A program made the position numbers and the translations under genes. From Thermoproteota archaeon (GTDB taxonomy: Archaea > Asgardarchaeota > Njordarchaeia > Njordarchaeales > Panguiarchaeaceae), in the NCBI GenBank assembly GCA_024720975.1, contig JANJXX010000006.1:1-59002 (forward strand): a stretch of 59,002 nucleotides of DNA, written 5' to 3'. A model generated the notes under the pieces. It was not told the DNA's origin, did not search any database, and saw nothing but the letters and a program-made list of their open reading frames with translations. Of the stretch, positions 1-9,149 are shown piece by piece. How positions within the stretch are numbered: position 1 is the stretch's first letter; every line of letters starts with the position of its first letter.

Positions 1-1
1 G

Positions 2-379
2 GAAATTGACATATCACTAATAAGTTCTGGTATTACTGGAATATTCACAATGGCTGGCGAACTATCTCGGAGAGCTCTAGATAGAATTGTTCTGTCTGGA
101 GTAGTACCGATTCTTATTGATAAGGGTAAGTATACTCTAATGTGGGTTTTCCTCAGGAGGGAGTATCCCAGGGTAATTAAGCAGCTTAGCAAACTCCATA
201 GAGAAATGGAGAAAGTACACGGTCCTACTCTTGCAGAGTGGTCTGGTATCGCAGAAGAACTCATTGATGTAAAATCCTGGATCGTAATTAGGCTCTATCC
301 GGAAGCGAGATCTAAGGCAAAGAAGGAATTAAGGGCCTTGGGAGAAGATTTTAGGGAAGCATTTGAGAGTGAGAAATAA
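2..379 (+). CDS. Hypothetical protein, probably the 3' part of a gene starting before the window
   Basis: The ORF-track frame (50..379) is open back to position 2 (EIDISLISSGITGIFTM...). No recognisable motif. Confidence 0.55.
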   Translation, partial: EIDISLISSGITGIFTMAGELSRRALDRIVLSGVVPILIDKGKYTLMWVFLRREYPRVIKQLSKLHREMEKVHGPTLAEWSGIAEELIDVKSWIVIRLYPEARSKAKKELRALGEDFREAFESEK

Positions 380-836
380 TCCTTGCTAAATTTCTTTCAT
401 TATATATCTTTCTCTAATTCTTGGCTATCGAAGTTCTAGAGCACGTTGTTAAAATCATTATTCTCCTCGTTGAAATTCCAGTAGAAGAGTACCTGCACTA
501 AATTAGTATATCTTGCAATGGAAAAACATAAGGACTGTCGCCTCCCATTAGTTTTTGTTATTTTATCTTGCGAGGAAGCGCTTGTTACTGAGATTTCGCG
601 GCAAGCTTCATGCTACTCAGACCGTTCACAGGAATTATCTAGGTATGCACGAGCAGGGAATTTGGTCCTATCTGACTAACTCTGTTGTACGATTAACTAT
701 GTGATAAATCGCCAAACTTTGCAGGAAAAATTTCCAAAGGGTTGTGCTTTTTATCACTTGCAAAAGCATTTATTAAACTTGCTTTAATTGAATCTAAACT
801 GTCTAGAACTATGTTCTAAATGGTCTTAGTGTGGTG

Positions 837-1946
837 CTATTGTTCTTTCTTTCTAATCTCCAACTTCACGTGAGGCTCAATTCTTGACTTGAAATATTCG
901 ATATATCTCATTCCGAAGAGTTCTGGTGGAAGTGTTCCGGTTTCTCTGACTTTCTCGACTACGGCCTCGCATAGTACTGCGTTAGTAAATCCTGTGGTTA
1001 TTGCCATTGCACTTAGTCCAAGAGATTCATTATATGATTGCCTGAGAAATGCCTCAGAAGTGTGTTTTCTGTCATCGGCAGTAATGTACATTATTGCCAA
1101 ATCTCTCATATTTGGGTCGTAAATGTGCTTCATGAATATTGCTTCAAGCACTTTTACTGCAGGGATTTTTATATTAGCTAACTCGAACTCCGCATCACTC
1201 AATAGTCCAATTTCTTTAAGAAAGCGCATACGCTCGAGGTGCCCTGGGTAACGGAGTGTTTTTTCGAACATATTTCTAGCCTTTATAGTCCTTAGAAGTG
1301 TCCTTAGTCCATCTGTGTAAAATGCCTCATACTTCACACCCCTAATTTCCACTGTCTCAAGATCGCTCAATGGATCAACACTTAGAATTTTTCCATCTTT
1401 TACAATCCTAGCTGGTCTTAGATATTCATCAATAAAGTCAGATAATGACCAGTTGACCATGTGCCTGAGAGGTCCTCTCAGTTCTATAGGTAGGCCAGCT
1501 ACATAAATTTTCACGTTTTCCAAGGTTCTTAGATTCTTAGCAAAGTATCCAACAACGATATTTGATATACCAGGTGCGAAACCAGCATCTGGAATATAGA
1601 CAACGCCTTTATCCTTCGCTATGGCGTCCAGCTCAAATGGATCCTGTGGCATGTATGATGAATCAATGACCGGGATTCCAAGATTAAGCACACGCTTACA
1701 TGCATCAAAACTTATGCTGCCAGGAAGTGCGCAACTGACACAGTCGCTTCCTTGAACAATCTCTTCTAATTTTTCCAGAACATTTGCTTGGATGGTCTTG
1801 ATAGATTCTCCGAGCAGATTTTTGACCTTTCTTAGATTCTCAGCACTTATATCAGTAACTACTATTGTGTCAAACAATTCGCTCATAGCTAATCTGTAAG
1901 CTATAGCTTGACCAACCAGACCGCTACCAAGAATGGTTACTTTCAA
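837..1946 (-). CDS. Saccharopine dehydrogenase family / L-lysine 6-dehydrogenase-like NAD(P)-dependent oxidoreductase
   Basis: Rossmann GSGLVG; DAGFAPGISN, EAFYTDGLRTL, EKTLRYPGH and SAMAITTG motifs typical of the family; TTG start after a GAGGTGTGA SD. Confidence 0.85.
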   Translation of the reverse strand: MKVTILGSGLVGQAIAYRLAMSELFDTIVVTDISAENLRKVKNLLGESIKTIQANVLEKLEEIVQGSDCVSCALPGSISFDACKRVLNLGIPVIDSSYMPQDPFELDAIAKDKGVVYIPDAGFAPGISNIVVGYFAKNLRTLENVKIYVAGLPIELRGPLRHMVNWSLSDFIDEYLRPARIVKDGKILSVDPLSDLETVEIRGVKYEAFYTDGLRTLLRTIKARNMFEKTLRYPGHLERMRFLKEIGLLSDAEFELANIKIPAVKVLEAIFMKHIYDPNMRDLAIMYITADDRKHTSEAFLRQSYNESLGLSAMAITTGFTNAVLCEAVVEKVRETGTLPPELFGMRYIEYFKSRIEPHVKLEIRKKEQ

Positions 1947-2047
1947 GAAATCACACCTCGCTAATTCTTCATTGAAAATTGAAGTTTAATGCATCCGCCT
2001 TTAAAGCTTATCGAAGACTAATTTTTGTTTGATGAAAAAAGTGAACT

Positions 2048-3319
2048 TCAGAATGTGATTACCTTACCTTTGGTCTCTGGAATCAACCAAATAAGACCTG
2101 CAAGTGCAAAATTTGCGATCGTAGAGAGCGATAATGCTAATGCAATCCCGTAGGTACCAGCCAGATAGGCTGAGATTATCGGAGTAATGAAGTTTATTGA
2201 TCTGCCAGTGTTGAATATAAACCCAGAAAGTGTGGTTCTCACACTAGTGGGGAAAATCTCAGATAGTACTGCACCAAAGGCCGCCCAGTATCCCATGAAG
2301 TAACCAACGCAAATGCCAGTAATTATGAACAGTGGCATATTTAGATTCCCTGCGAGCATATCCATGATTAATTTAATTGAAGCCAAAATCGATATACCCT
2401 CAAGCGTTGTAAATATTGTCAGTGCTGGCCTACGTCCAAGAATATCCTGGATAAACCCATATGTTATATAGCCTAGCAGAGCACTTATTTGCGTGACAGC
2501 TAACCATAAGAAGTTTCTTAGCGAACTAATGTATCCTACATTATATGCATGCTCTAAGTATGAGGGTAACCAAGACCAATAAACCCAATAACCAAACATT
2601 CCAATAAAGTCCAGGAGCAGCCCCACGCTGAAGCCTTTTAAATACATTTTATTCGCTAAAGCCTCTCTCAATCCTTTTCTATCCTTATCGAACAACTTTA
2701 ACTTCCATATTTTTGACTCTGGAACAAATAACGAAACCACTCCGGATAGTATTATAGATGGGACTGCTCCAGCAATAAATGCTAATCTCCAATTTCCAAA
2801 CATGACCTCTCCAGGGGTATAAGCCACCAGATAAGATAAGCTAACAGCCATCAGAAAACCTATTGGGTAACCACACTGTACAATGCCAATAGCCCTTCCT
2901 CTTTCCGATGGATCAATCAACTCAGCAACTAAAGTTACACCAGCAGCCCATGCCCCACCAACACCAAAGCCTGCTATGAAGCGAAGTATCAATACCTCTA
3001 TCCAGGATCTAGTGAATCCTACTAGAAGCGTCGGAAGTCCGTAAAGTAGAATCGCAAAGGATAATATGCGCTTTCTACCATATCTATCAGCTAAGTATCC
3101 CAAGAGCATACCGCCTATGCCAGAAGTCAGAAACGCTACAGAAATAAGCAGAGATCCAATGCTTTGAATATCAAAATTGAGTTGTGATGGATGCGCCATC
3201 GAACGCACAAGTACCACGAGCAATACAAGATCCATCGCATCGAAAAGCCATGCAAGTGTAACTATCAACACGTACTTCAAGGCGGCTCTTAGTGGCAACC
3301 CATGAATCTCGCTTGACAT
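2048..3319 (-). CDS. MFS transporter (aromatic acid/sialate:H+ symporter-like)
   Basis: GYLADRYGRKR motif A, second-half QDILGRR, about 12 hydrophobic segments, C-terminal PETKG. Start set at MSSEIHG (track start 3343). Confidence 0.9.
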   Translation of the reverse strand: MSSEIHGLPLRAALKYVLIVTLAWLFDAMDLVLLVVLVRSMAHPSQLNFDIQSIGSLLISVAFLTSGIGGMLLGYLADRYGRKRILSFAILLYGLPTLLVGFTRSWIEVLILRFIAGFGVGGAWAAGVTLVAELIDPSERGRAIGIVQCGYPIGFLMAVSLSYLVAYTPGEVMFGNWRLAFIAGAVPSIILSGVVSLFVPESKIWKLKLFDKDRKGLREALANKMYLKGFSVGLLLDFIGMFGYWVYWSWLPSYLEHAYNVGYISSLRNFLWLAVTQISALLGYITYGFIQDILGRRPALTIFTTLEGISILASIKLIMDMLAGNLNMPLFIITGICVGYFMGYWAAFGAVLSEIFPTSVRTTLSGFIFNTGRSINFITPIISAYLAGTYGIALALSLSTIANFALAGLIWLIPETKGKVITF

Positions 3320-3585
3320 ATACAAAGCACCAACATAAAACATAACACATACAAGAATATATAGCTGGTGTATTTATCATAGCACCAATACAAAATGACT
3401 TCTTAGCCTCTCTTGCCATGAATACTTATGCCCCTGCACTCTATAAAAGCAAATGAGCAATCTTTAAGCAGTGTGCTATCAGCCATGGTGCAGTCTATAG
3501 AAATCATGGGTGTTTAAATACATGCTGAGTTGTCCAAAGAACTACTGTAAAGAAGTAGTAATTTTTTAAAACCAATTTCACTTGA

Positions 3586-3691
3586 AGCTGAAAGCTTCAT
3601 CCGTTAGGGCGAAAATATATAGTAAGGCTTATAAGTTTCATATATTTATTATATTTTGGAAGACAATAGCCTCGAAGAGCACATTTTGAGG
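3586..3691 (+). mobile_element. Truncated copy of the IS200/IS605-type miniature element (left end plus part of the interior)
   Basis: AGCTGAAAGCTTCATCCGTTAGGGCGAAAATATATAGTAAGGCTTATAAGTT aligns by eye with 35279 (GACTGAAAGCCTTGCCATTTAGGGCAGGAGTAATATAGTAAGACTTATAAGTT). No right end is seen. Confidence 0.65.
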
Positions 3692-3782
3692 AAACACAAC
3701 TTTCAAGCTTTCTTAGTAATTTTAATAAATAACTCGCATGCATTAGTAAAATTTGCATTATTTTCGCTATTAGCATATCTGG

Positions 3783-4853
3783 GTGGATCTATTGAGTTTA
3801 GTCCTAAATGTTAGAAACTTCCTAAGCTTGCGTGATGTATCAATCACATTTGATTATCTAAATGTATTGGTAGGTCCTAACGCCAGTGGAAAAAGTAACA
3901 TTATTAGAGCGCTAGAATTCGTCTCTAAGTTCATAAAGAGCGGAAAGGTTGCCATAGACACCCTATTTGGCGACCGTGATTTCTCCGATGTTACATTCCA
4001 TGGAGGAGGAGGTCAAATAGCATTTGAACTCAAGTTTCGTGATGTTAACTACGTACTAAAAATGGAGCCGGGCTCCCTCCTGGAGGAAGTATACCATGGT
4101 AGCAACTTAATATTTAAGAGAGCCTCCTCGATTAATAAGGAGCAGATATCTTATCTAGATCCTAGTGGTTCTTGGAAATCTATTGTCAACTCAAATGCTT
4201 CTAGATCCATTGCAGGACAAATTTCAATCCCAACCTATCAATTCTCCAAACAAAACAACTGCCACAACCTGGAAAGTGCCATTAGTATATTAGCCTCAAT
4301 AGGTGTATATTCCTTTGACCCAGAGTTTATAAAGACAAGATCGCATGCAGCAACGAAACTCGAACTCGGAAAGAAAGGGAATAATTTAGCACGCCTCCTC
4401 TTTCACTATTATCTTGCGGACAAATTCCTCTTCAGGAATATCGTGGAAACATTTACTATGCTAGCTCCAGATGTCGAGGAGATCGTTCCCATATCAAAAG
4501 GAGATATTATCTCGCTATTTCTAAAAGAGAAGAACTCTGATAAGCTTATAGATTTCGAGTTCGCTTCGGGTGGATATCTCAAAATGTTGGCAATTCTGGC
4601 CTCCCTCATGGGGGAGAACATCATCGTCGCATACGATGATATAGAGAGCTTCATTGACCGATGCGTATATGACACAATTATGTACATAATCAAGAAGTTT
4701 GGCAGAATAGTAATAATGACAACACACTCCCCACATCTATTAGACTACGTTGAGCCCAAAAACATCATATTAGTGAGTAAAATCAATGGAGAAACAAAAG
4801 TACGAAGACTCACAGACTCCATCGACGTAGAGGCAATTAAAACCTGCCGATAA
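3783..4853 (+). CDS. ABC/SMC-type AAA ATPase (AAA_21 / AbiEii-like), possibly C-terminally truncated
   Basis: NFLS N-terminal motif, Walker A GPNASGKS, signature ASGG, degenerate Walker B YDDIE, H-loop TTHSP. Confidence 0.8.
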   Translation: MDLLSLVLNVRNFLSLRDVSITFDYLNVLVGPNASGKSNIIRALEFVSKFIKSGKVAIDTLFGDRDFSDVTFHGGGGQIAFELKFRDVNYVLKMEPGSLLEEVYHGSNLIFKRASSINKEQISYLDPSGSWKSIVNSNASRSIAGQISIPTYQFSKQNNCHNLESAISILASIGVYSFDPEFIKTRSHAATKLELGKKGNNLARLLFHYYLADKFLFRNIVETFTMLAPDVEEIVPISKGDIISLFLKEKNSDKLIDFEFASGGYLKMLAILASLMGENIIVAYDDIESFIDRCVYDTIMYIIKKFGRIVIMTTHSPHLLDYVEPKNIILVSKINGETKVRRLTDSIDVEAIKTCR

Positions 4854-4862
4854 ACTCTCAAT

Positions 4863-4961
4863 TGTGCTGTCCTTTACCGTCACAGCGAAAGCTGTATGTG
4901 AAGCCTTTAAAGTTGAGGCAGAACGAATGGTTACGAAATGCTAACTAACCGATAACGGTAA
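4863..4961 (+). ncRNA. Orphan TnpB omegaRNA-like / IS right-end remnant
   Basis: Hairpin GCTGT..ACAGC followed by GAAAG. The loop TTACCGT (4874-4880) is complementary to terminal ACGGTAA (4955-4961), the same pseudoknot layout as the 3' end of the tnpB element at 53355/53472. Confidence 0.5.
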
Positions 4962-5081
4962 TAATCCTGGAGAAGCTTGACAATAGGTGCAATTTCTAAT
5001 TCTATTTATTTTCCGTATTTCTAGCAATATTAGCAATTGGGTAAGAGTTTCAATATTCTAAGTTGGGTGTGGTTGAGTGCT

Positions 5082-5921
5082 ATGAGAGAGAAAGTGCTAG
5101 TTGCTGGGCTTGGCGAGGTTGGCTCTGCGTTGTATGAAATCATAAAAGATTCAAACCGCTACGAATTATATGGGTATGATATAGACCCTAGGAGAACGGT
5201 GAATAAGCTTGAGGATATTCCAGGGAGGGTGGATTATATTCACATATGTGTACCTTTTAAGGATACTGAGCATTTTGTAAAGGTTGTTGGGCAGTATATT
5301 GATCGCTACCTGCCTGACTTTGTAATAATTCACTCAACAGTCGCACCTGGAACTACTCGAGAGATTTATAAGGCTAAAGGTGTGCCGGTGGCATTTTCCC
5401 CAGTGCGTGGAAAGCATCCATTCCTGAAGTCGCACATGTTATTTTGGCCTAAGTGGGTTTGTGCGCTTCCAAGGGAATATACTGAGGTTTTTGTTGAGCA
5501 TCTTAAGAGTGTTAAGTTGAATGCAAAGGGCTATTATGGAGAGCCTGAAACATTGGAGTTAGCTAAGATTTTTGAGACCACTTATAGGGCCTTACTTATT
5601 GCTTGGTGGCAGGAGATGCATAGGATAGCAAGGCACTTTAATGCTGATATCTTGGCGATAGCTGAGTTTATAGGCGAAATTCATGAAAAGCTTAAGGATA
5701 AGCCACCTATGTTCCCTGGTGTAATTGGAGGGCATTGCCTGATACCAAACACGGAAATTTTATATAGGGTCTATAAGTCGAAATTCCTTGAGGCCATTCT
5801 TGAGTCAAATGCAAAAAGAGCTGATGAAATTAAAGATCCTTCAATCAGAGAGGAGGTCTCAAAGCTTCAAGAGCTTGTTAAGAAGTATATAGTTCTGGAG
5901 TATTATGAAGGAAAAGTCTAG
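5082..5921 (+). CDS. UDP-glucose/GDP-mannose dehydrogenase family protein (short form lacking the C-terminal UDP-binding domain)
   Basis: GLGEVG Rossmann motif, HSTVAPGTT, FSPVRG, ELAKIFETTYR, catalytic-Cys motif IGGHCL. Start moved to MREKVLV. Confidence 0.85.
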   Translation: MREKVLVAGLGEVGSALYEIIKDSNRYELYGYDIDPRRTVNKLEDIPGRVDYIHICVPFKDTEHFVKVVGQYIDRYLPDFVIIHSTVAPGTTREIYKAKGVPVAFSPVRGKHPFLKSHMLFWPKWVCALPREYTEVFVEHLKSVKLNAKGYYGEPETLELAKIFETTYRALLIAWWQEMHRIARHFNADILAIAEFIGEIHEKLKDKPPMFPGVIGGHCLIPNTEILYRVYKSKFLEAILESNAKRADEIKDPSIREEVSKLQELVKKYIVLEYYEGKV

Positions 5922-5924
5922 CAG

Positions 5925-7004
5925 TTGATAGTGATGAGAATTTGGATTGACTTTCTGACACCAAAACACCTACTATTTCTAACTAAGCTAGCTGAGAGGC
6001 TTAAAACAATGGGTCATAAGGTACTAATGACGACACGAGCTCATAGGGAAGTCCTAGGCTTGATGAAGCTAAAAAACATCGACGCGATAGTTGTTGGAGG
6101 ATATGGTCATACAATAAAGGATAAGCTTATCGCAAGTGTTGAGCGAATGCGTGAACTTGTTCCAATAGTGTCTGATTTTGATCCAGACTTAGCTATATCC
6201 TACTCATCTCCTGAAGCAGCTAGGGTGTCCTTTGGACTTGGAATACCTCATTATAGTGTAAACGATTCACCACACGCAATACATGTAGCAAAATTGACGC
6301 TGCCGCTATCTGAGAAGTTGTTCTGCCCTTGGGTCATTCCAAAGGATGTCTGGACTCAATTTGGCATCTCACTAGAGAAAATAATACCGTACCGAGGAAT
6401 AGATCAAGTTGCCTGGATAAGGGATTTTAAGCCCGATGCAAACTATCTGAGACAGCTGGGAATTCCGATGGACAGGGATACAATACTAATTAGGGAGTCT
6501 GAAGTGTTTGCATCTTATCTATTAGGTTCTGTGGAGAGTTCAGCTCCCACGACTGATGGCTTACTCCCGCACCTTATAAATAGGTTCCAAGATGCTATAT
6601 TTGTTATATCGCCTCGATATGAGAGCCAAATAGACTACATTAGGAATAAGTACAAGAATGATAGAGTATTGGTTTTAGACACAGTAGTTGACGGTGCAAA
6701 CTTAATCTACTTCTCTAAAGTGTTTATAGGTGGTGGTGGAACAATGACGGGAGAGGCAGCATTACTAGGTATACCAACGATCTCGGTATTTCCTAAGAGT
6801 GGCCTTTACGTGCTCGAATATCTAATCGAGAAGGGGGCTGTATTCCGACCAACTTCTATGGATGAGATGTTGTCACTTATTGATAAGATGCTTAAAGATT
6901 GCGACTTTATAGCCGAGATTAAGCGGCACTCAGAGGAGCTCTTGAGGTCAATGGAAGATCCTATAGACACAATCTTGGAGCACATACTAAGAGGGCAAAA
7001 CTAA
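5925..7004 (+). CDS. DUF354 family GT-B glycosyltransferase
   Basis: RIWIDFLTPKH, NDSPHA and GGGGTMTGEAALLGIPTIS motifs; adjacent to the nucleotide-sugar dehydrogenase. True start may be 5934. Confidence 0.85.
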   Translation: MIVMRIWIDFLTPKHLLFLTKLAERLKTMGHKVLMTTRAHREVLGLMKLKNIDAIVVGGYGHTIKDKLIASVERMRELVPIVSDFDPDLAISYSSPEAARVSFGLGIPHYSVNDSPHAIHVAKLTLPLSEKLFCPWVIPKDVWTQFGISLEKIIPYRGIDQVAWIRDFKPDANYLRQLGIPMDRDTILIRESEVFASYLLGSVESSAPTTDGLLPHLINRFQDAIFVISPRYESQIDYIRNKYKNDRVLVLDTVVDGANLIYFSKVFIGGGGTMTGEAALLGIPTISVFPKSGLYVLEYLIEKGAVFRPTSMDEMLSLIDKMLKDCDFIAEIKRHSEELLRSMEDPIDTILEHILRGQN

Positions 7005-7041
7005 TAAACATCTTTCTAATAGTGAGAAGAATGATAGATAG

Positions 7042-7077
7042 CTAATCACCCCGCCTTAAAGAGCGAGGTTTTCAGTT
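7042..7077 (-). mobile_element. Short hairpin copy of the IS200/IS605-type miniature element
   Basis: Minus strand reads TTAC|AACTGAAAACCTCGCTCTTTAAGGCGGGGTGATTAG. Lies between convergent genes. Confidence 0.7.
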
Positions 7078-7134
7078 GTAACTGGGAAGTATGACTTCTT
7101 CAATCTAGATTATTTCAAAGCAAAATAGTACATC

Positions 7135-8058
7135 CTAAACTCCATGTAATGCTTCTTCCTCCCTTATGTATGGCTTTCCCAATATAGGTACTCCTACACG
7201 TTTTGATAGCCTTGAGGCTATTGCTAGTACGGGTATCGTTGCTGCATATGGGACCATTTTTGCTAGGTTTATATCTATCCTTAGGAAGACTTGAAATGCA
7301 TATAGAGCTCCGAATAAGTACGACGTAAACAACGCTAAGAGAGGATTCCACAAAGAGACTAATACTAATGCTAATGCTATCCAGCCTTTACTTAATGTCA
7401 GTAAGTCTGTCCATGATCGCATATCTATTAACGATATGTATGCTCCTCCCAAACCTGCAAATGTGCCGCTTAGGATAGCACATATAAGCCTTACTCTCTC
7501 AACGTTTACACCAGCAGATTCTGCGACTATCGGACTTTCTCCAGTAGCTCTTATCTCTATACCAATGCGCGTGTGGAATAACACAAACCACATAACTATA
7601 GATGCCACATAAGCGAAGTAAACCATGATGTTTTGATTAAAGAATGCGGAAAGCATTGGGACATCACTAAATAGAGGCACTATTGGTAATGATCCTCTGA
7701 CTACTTTACCAACGTACTCATGAGCGATAAGCATGGATAGTCCAATGCCTGCGAATGTTATTGCTAAGCCAGAAATCGTTTGGTTTCCTCTGAGGAAAAT
7801 CACAATAATAGCATGCAAAAGACCTAACAATGAGCCCACTAAAGCTGCTGCAATAAATCCCACGAGAAGATTTTGTGTCTCATAAGCTGCGATGAACCCC
7901 ATAGCAGCCCCTAACATCATTGTACCTTCTATGCCTAGATTCAAAATGCCAGAGCGCTCGGCGTAGATCTCTCCCAAGCATGCTAGTAGTAGAGGAGTTC
8001 CCATGCGAACGGCGAGTGCCAGGAATAGTGTTATAGTTAGTATATCCATCAGAACCAC
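7135..8058 (-). CDS. Nucleoside ABC transporter permease (BPD_transp_2 family)
   Basis: ERSGILNLGIEG, RATGESP..AESAGVNV and GWIALA motifs. Confidence 0.92.
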   Translation of the reverse strand: MVLMDILTITLFLALAVRMGTPLLLACLGEIYAERSGILNLGIEGTMMLGAAMGFIAAYETQNLLVGFIAAALVGSLLGLLHAIIVIFLRGNQTISGLAITFAGIGLSMLIAHEYVGKVVRGSLPIVPLFSDVPMLSAFFNQNIMVYFAYVASIVMWFVLFHTRIGIEIRATGESPIVAESAGVNVERVRLICAILSGTFAGLGGAYISLIDMRSWTDLLTLSKGWIALALVLVSLWNPLLALFTSYLFGALYAFQVFLRIDINLAKMVPYAATIPVLAIASRLSKRVGVPILGKPYIREEEALHGV

Positions 8059-9149
8059 CTAAGTATTCTTCTTAACGCATGTATTCTAACACTAATTTCG
8101 TATCTCCTGTAGGTCTCCATAATTGAGAGTATAAGCAACATAACTCCTGTGAATAAGTGCGTTGAGCCTATTCCTCTTGCAAATGAGATTTGTATAGCAA
8201 ATCCAGCCAGAAATACCAATCCCATTAGTATTGACGTAAATATCACTGGTAAAGGCTTTATACCTGACAACCAGGCTACTAAAATTGCCACAAATCCAAA
8301 GCCTCGTGAGACTTGCTCTGGCCTCCTGAGTTGTGGAGTTAAAATACTACCAGCAACAGCATGCACTCCCGCTAGACCGGCAAGACCACCGCTTAGGAGC
8401 ATAGAGATTATGACAGCCTTTGCATATGATATACCGTAAGTCCTAGCAGCAATGGGATTTGAGCCTATTGCACGAATCTCATAACCAAGTTTAGTGCGGA
8501 AGAGCATAAGATGAACTAAAGGAGCGATTGTAAGCGCTAATATTAGCGTAGGTACTGAAACTGGTAGTGGTCTTGAGACTGAGAGAAGCCAGGCTTGCTC
8601 AGGAAATGGCTTGGAGACTGGATAGCTTGTGGCCGGGTTGGCCCAAGGACCCATTACTAAGTAGTAGACAATTTGGTATGCTATGTAATTGAGCATCATA
8701 GTAGTTAAAACTTCATTTACACCAAGCTTTGCTTTAAGGACACCTGCTATAAATCCCCAAAGAGCTCCGAATAGAAAGCCAACAATAAACATCGACGGTA
8801 TCATTACTATTGATGGGGCTTTAGGTATTAAGTAGAGGGAAACCCAGGTTGCTGCTATGGCACCCATAAGCATTTGGCCTTCAGCTCCTATGTTCCATAC
8901 ACCTGCTTTGAAGGCTATCACTAGACCAACTCCACAAAGGAGGAGTATCAAGCCGTTATAGAGAATGTTAGCCCAACCATATACTGTTAATATTGGGAGT
9001 ACGAATGCCTCCCACAGAGCTATCATTGGATTTATTCCAAAGAATGAAAGGACGACTAAACTTAGGAATATTGAGACAAGGATAACTATCGTTGACGAGT
9101 ATGCATAAGGTAGCTCTTTCTCACGCTTTTTGATTATAATTCTAATCAT
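8049..9149 (-). CDS. Nucleoside ABC transporter permease (BPD_transp_2 family)
   Basis: WNIGAEGQ, NEVLTTMMLNY and GYEIRAIGSNP motifs. Confidence 0.92.
   Translation of the reverse strand: MIRIIIKKREKELPYAYSSTIVILVSIFLSLVVLSFFGINPMIALWEAFVLPILTVYGWANILYNGLILLLCGVGLVIAFKAGVWNIGAEGQMLMGAIAATWVSLYLIPKAPSIVMIPSMFIVGFLFGALWGFIAGVLKAKLGVNEVLTTMMLNYIAYQIVYYLVMGPWANPATSYPVSKPFPEQAWLLSVSRPLPVSVPTLILALTIAPLVHLMLFRTKLGYEIRAIGSNPIAARTYGISYAKAVIISMLLSGGLAGLAGVHAVAGSILTPQLRRPEQVSRGFGFVAILVAWLSGIKPLPVIFTSILMGLVFLAGFAIQISFARGIGSTHLFTGVMLLILSIMETYRRYEISVRIHALRRILRWF

Noticed and set aside
600-720. Minus-strand ...GTGAACGGT resembling an IS607-type right end
   Set aside because: No complementary pseudoknot loop or second copy was found; too weak to call.
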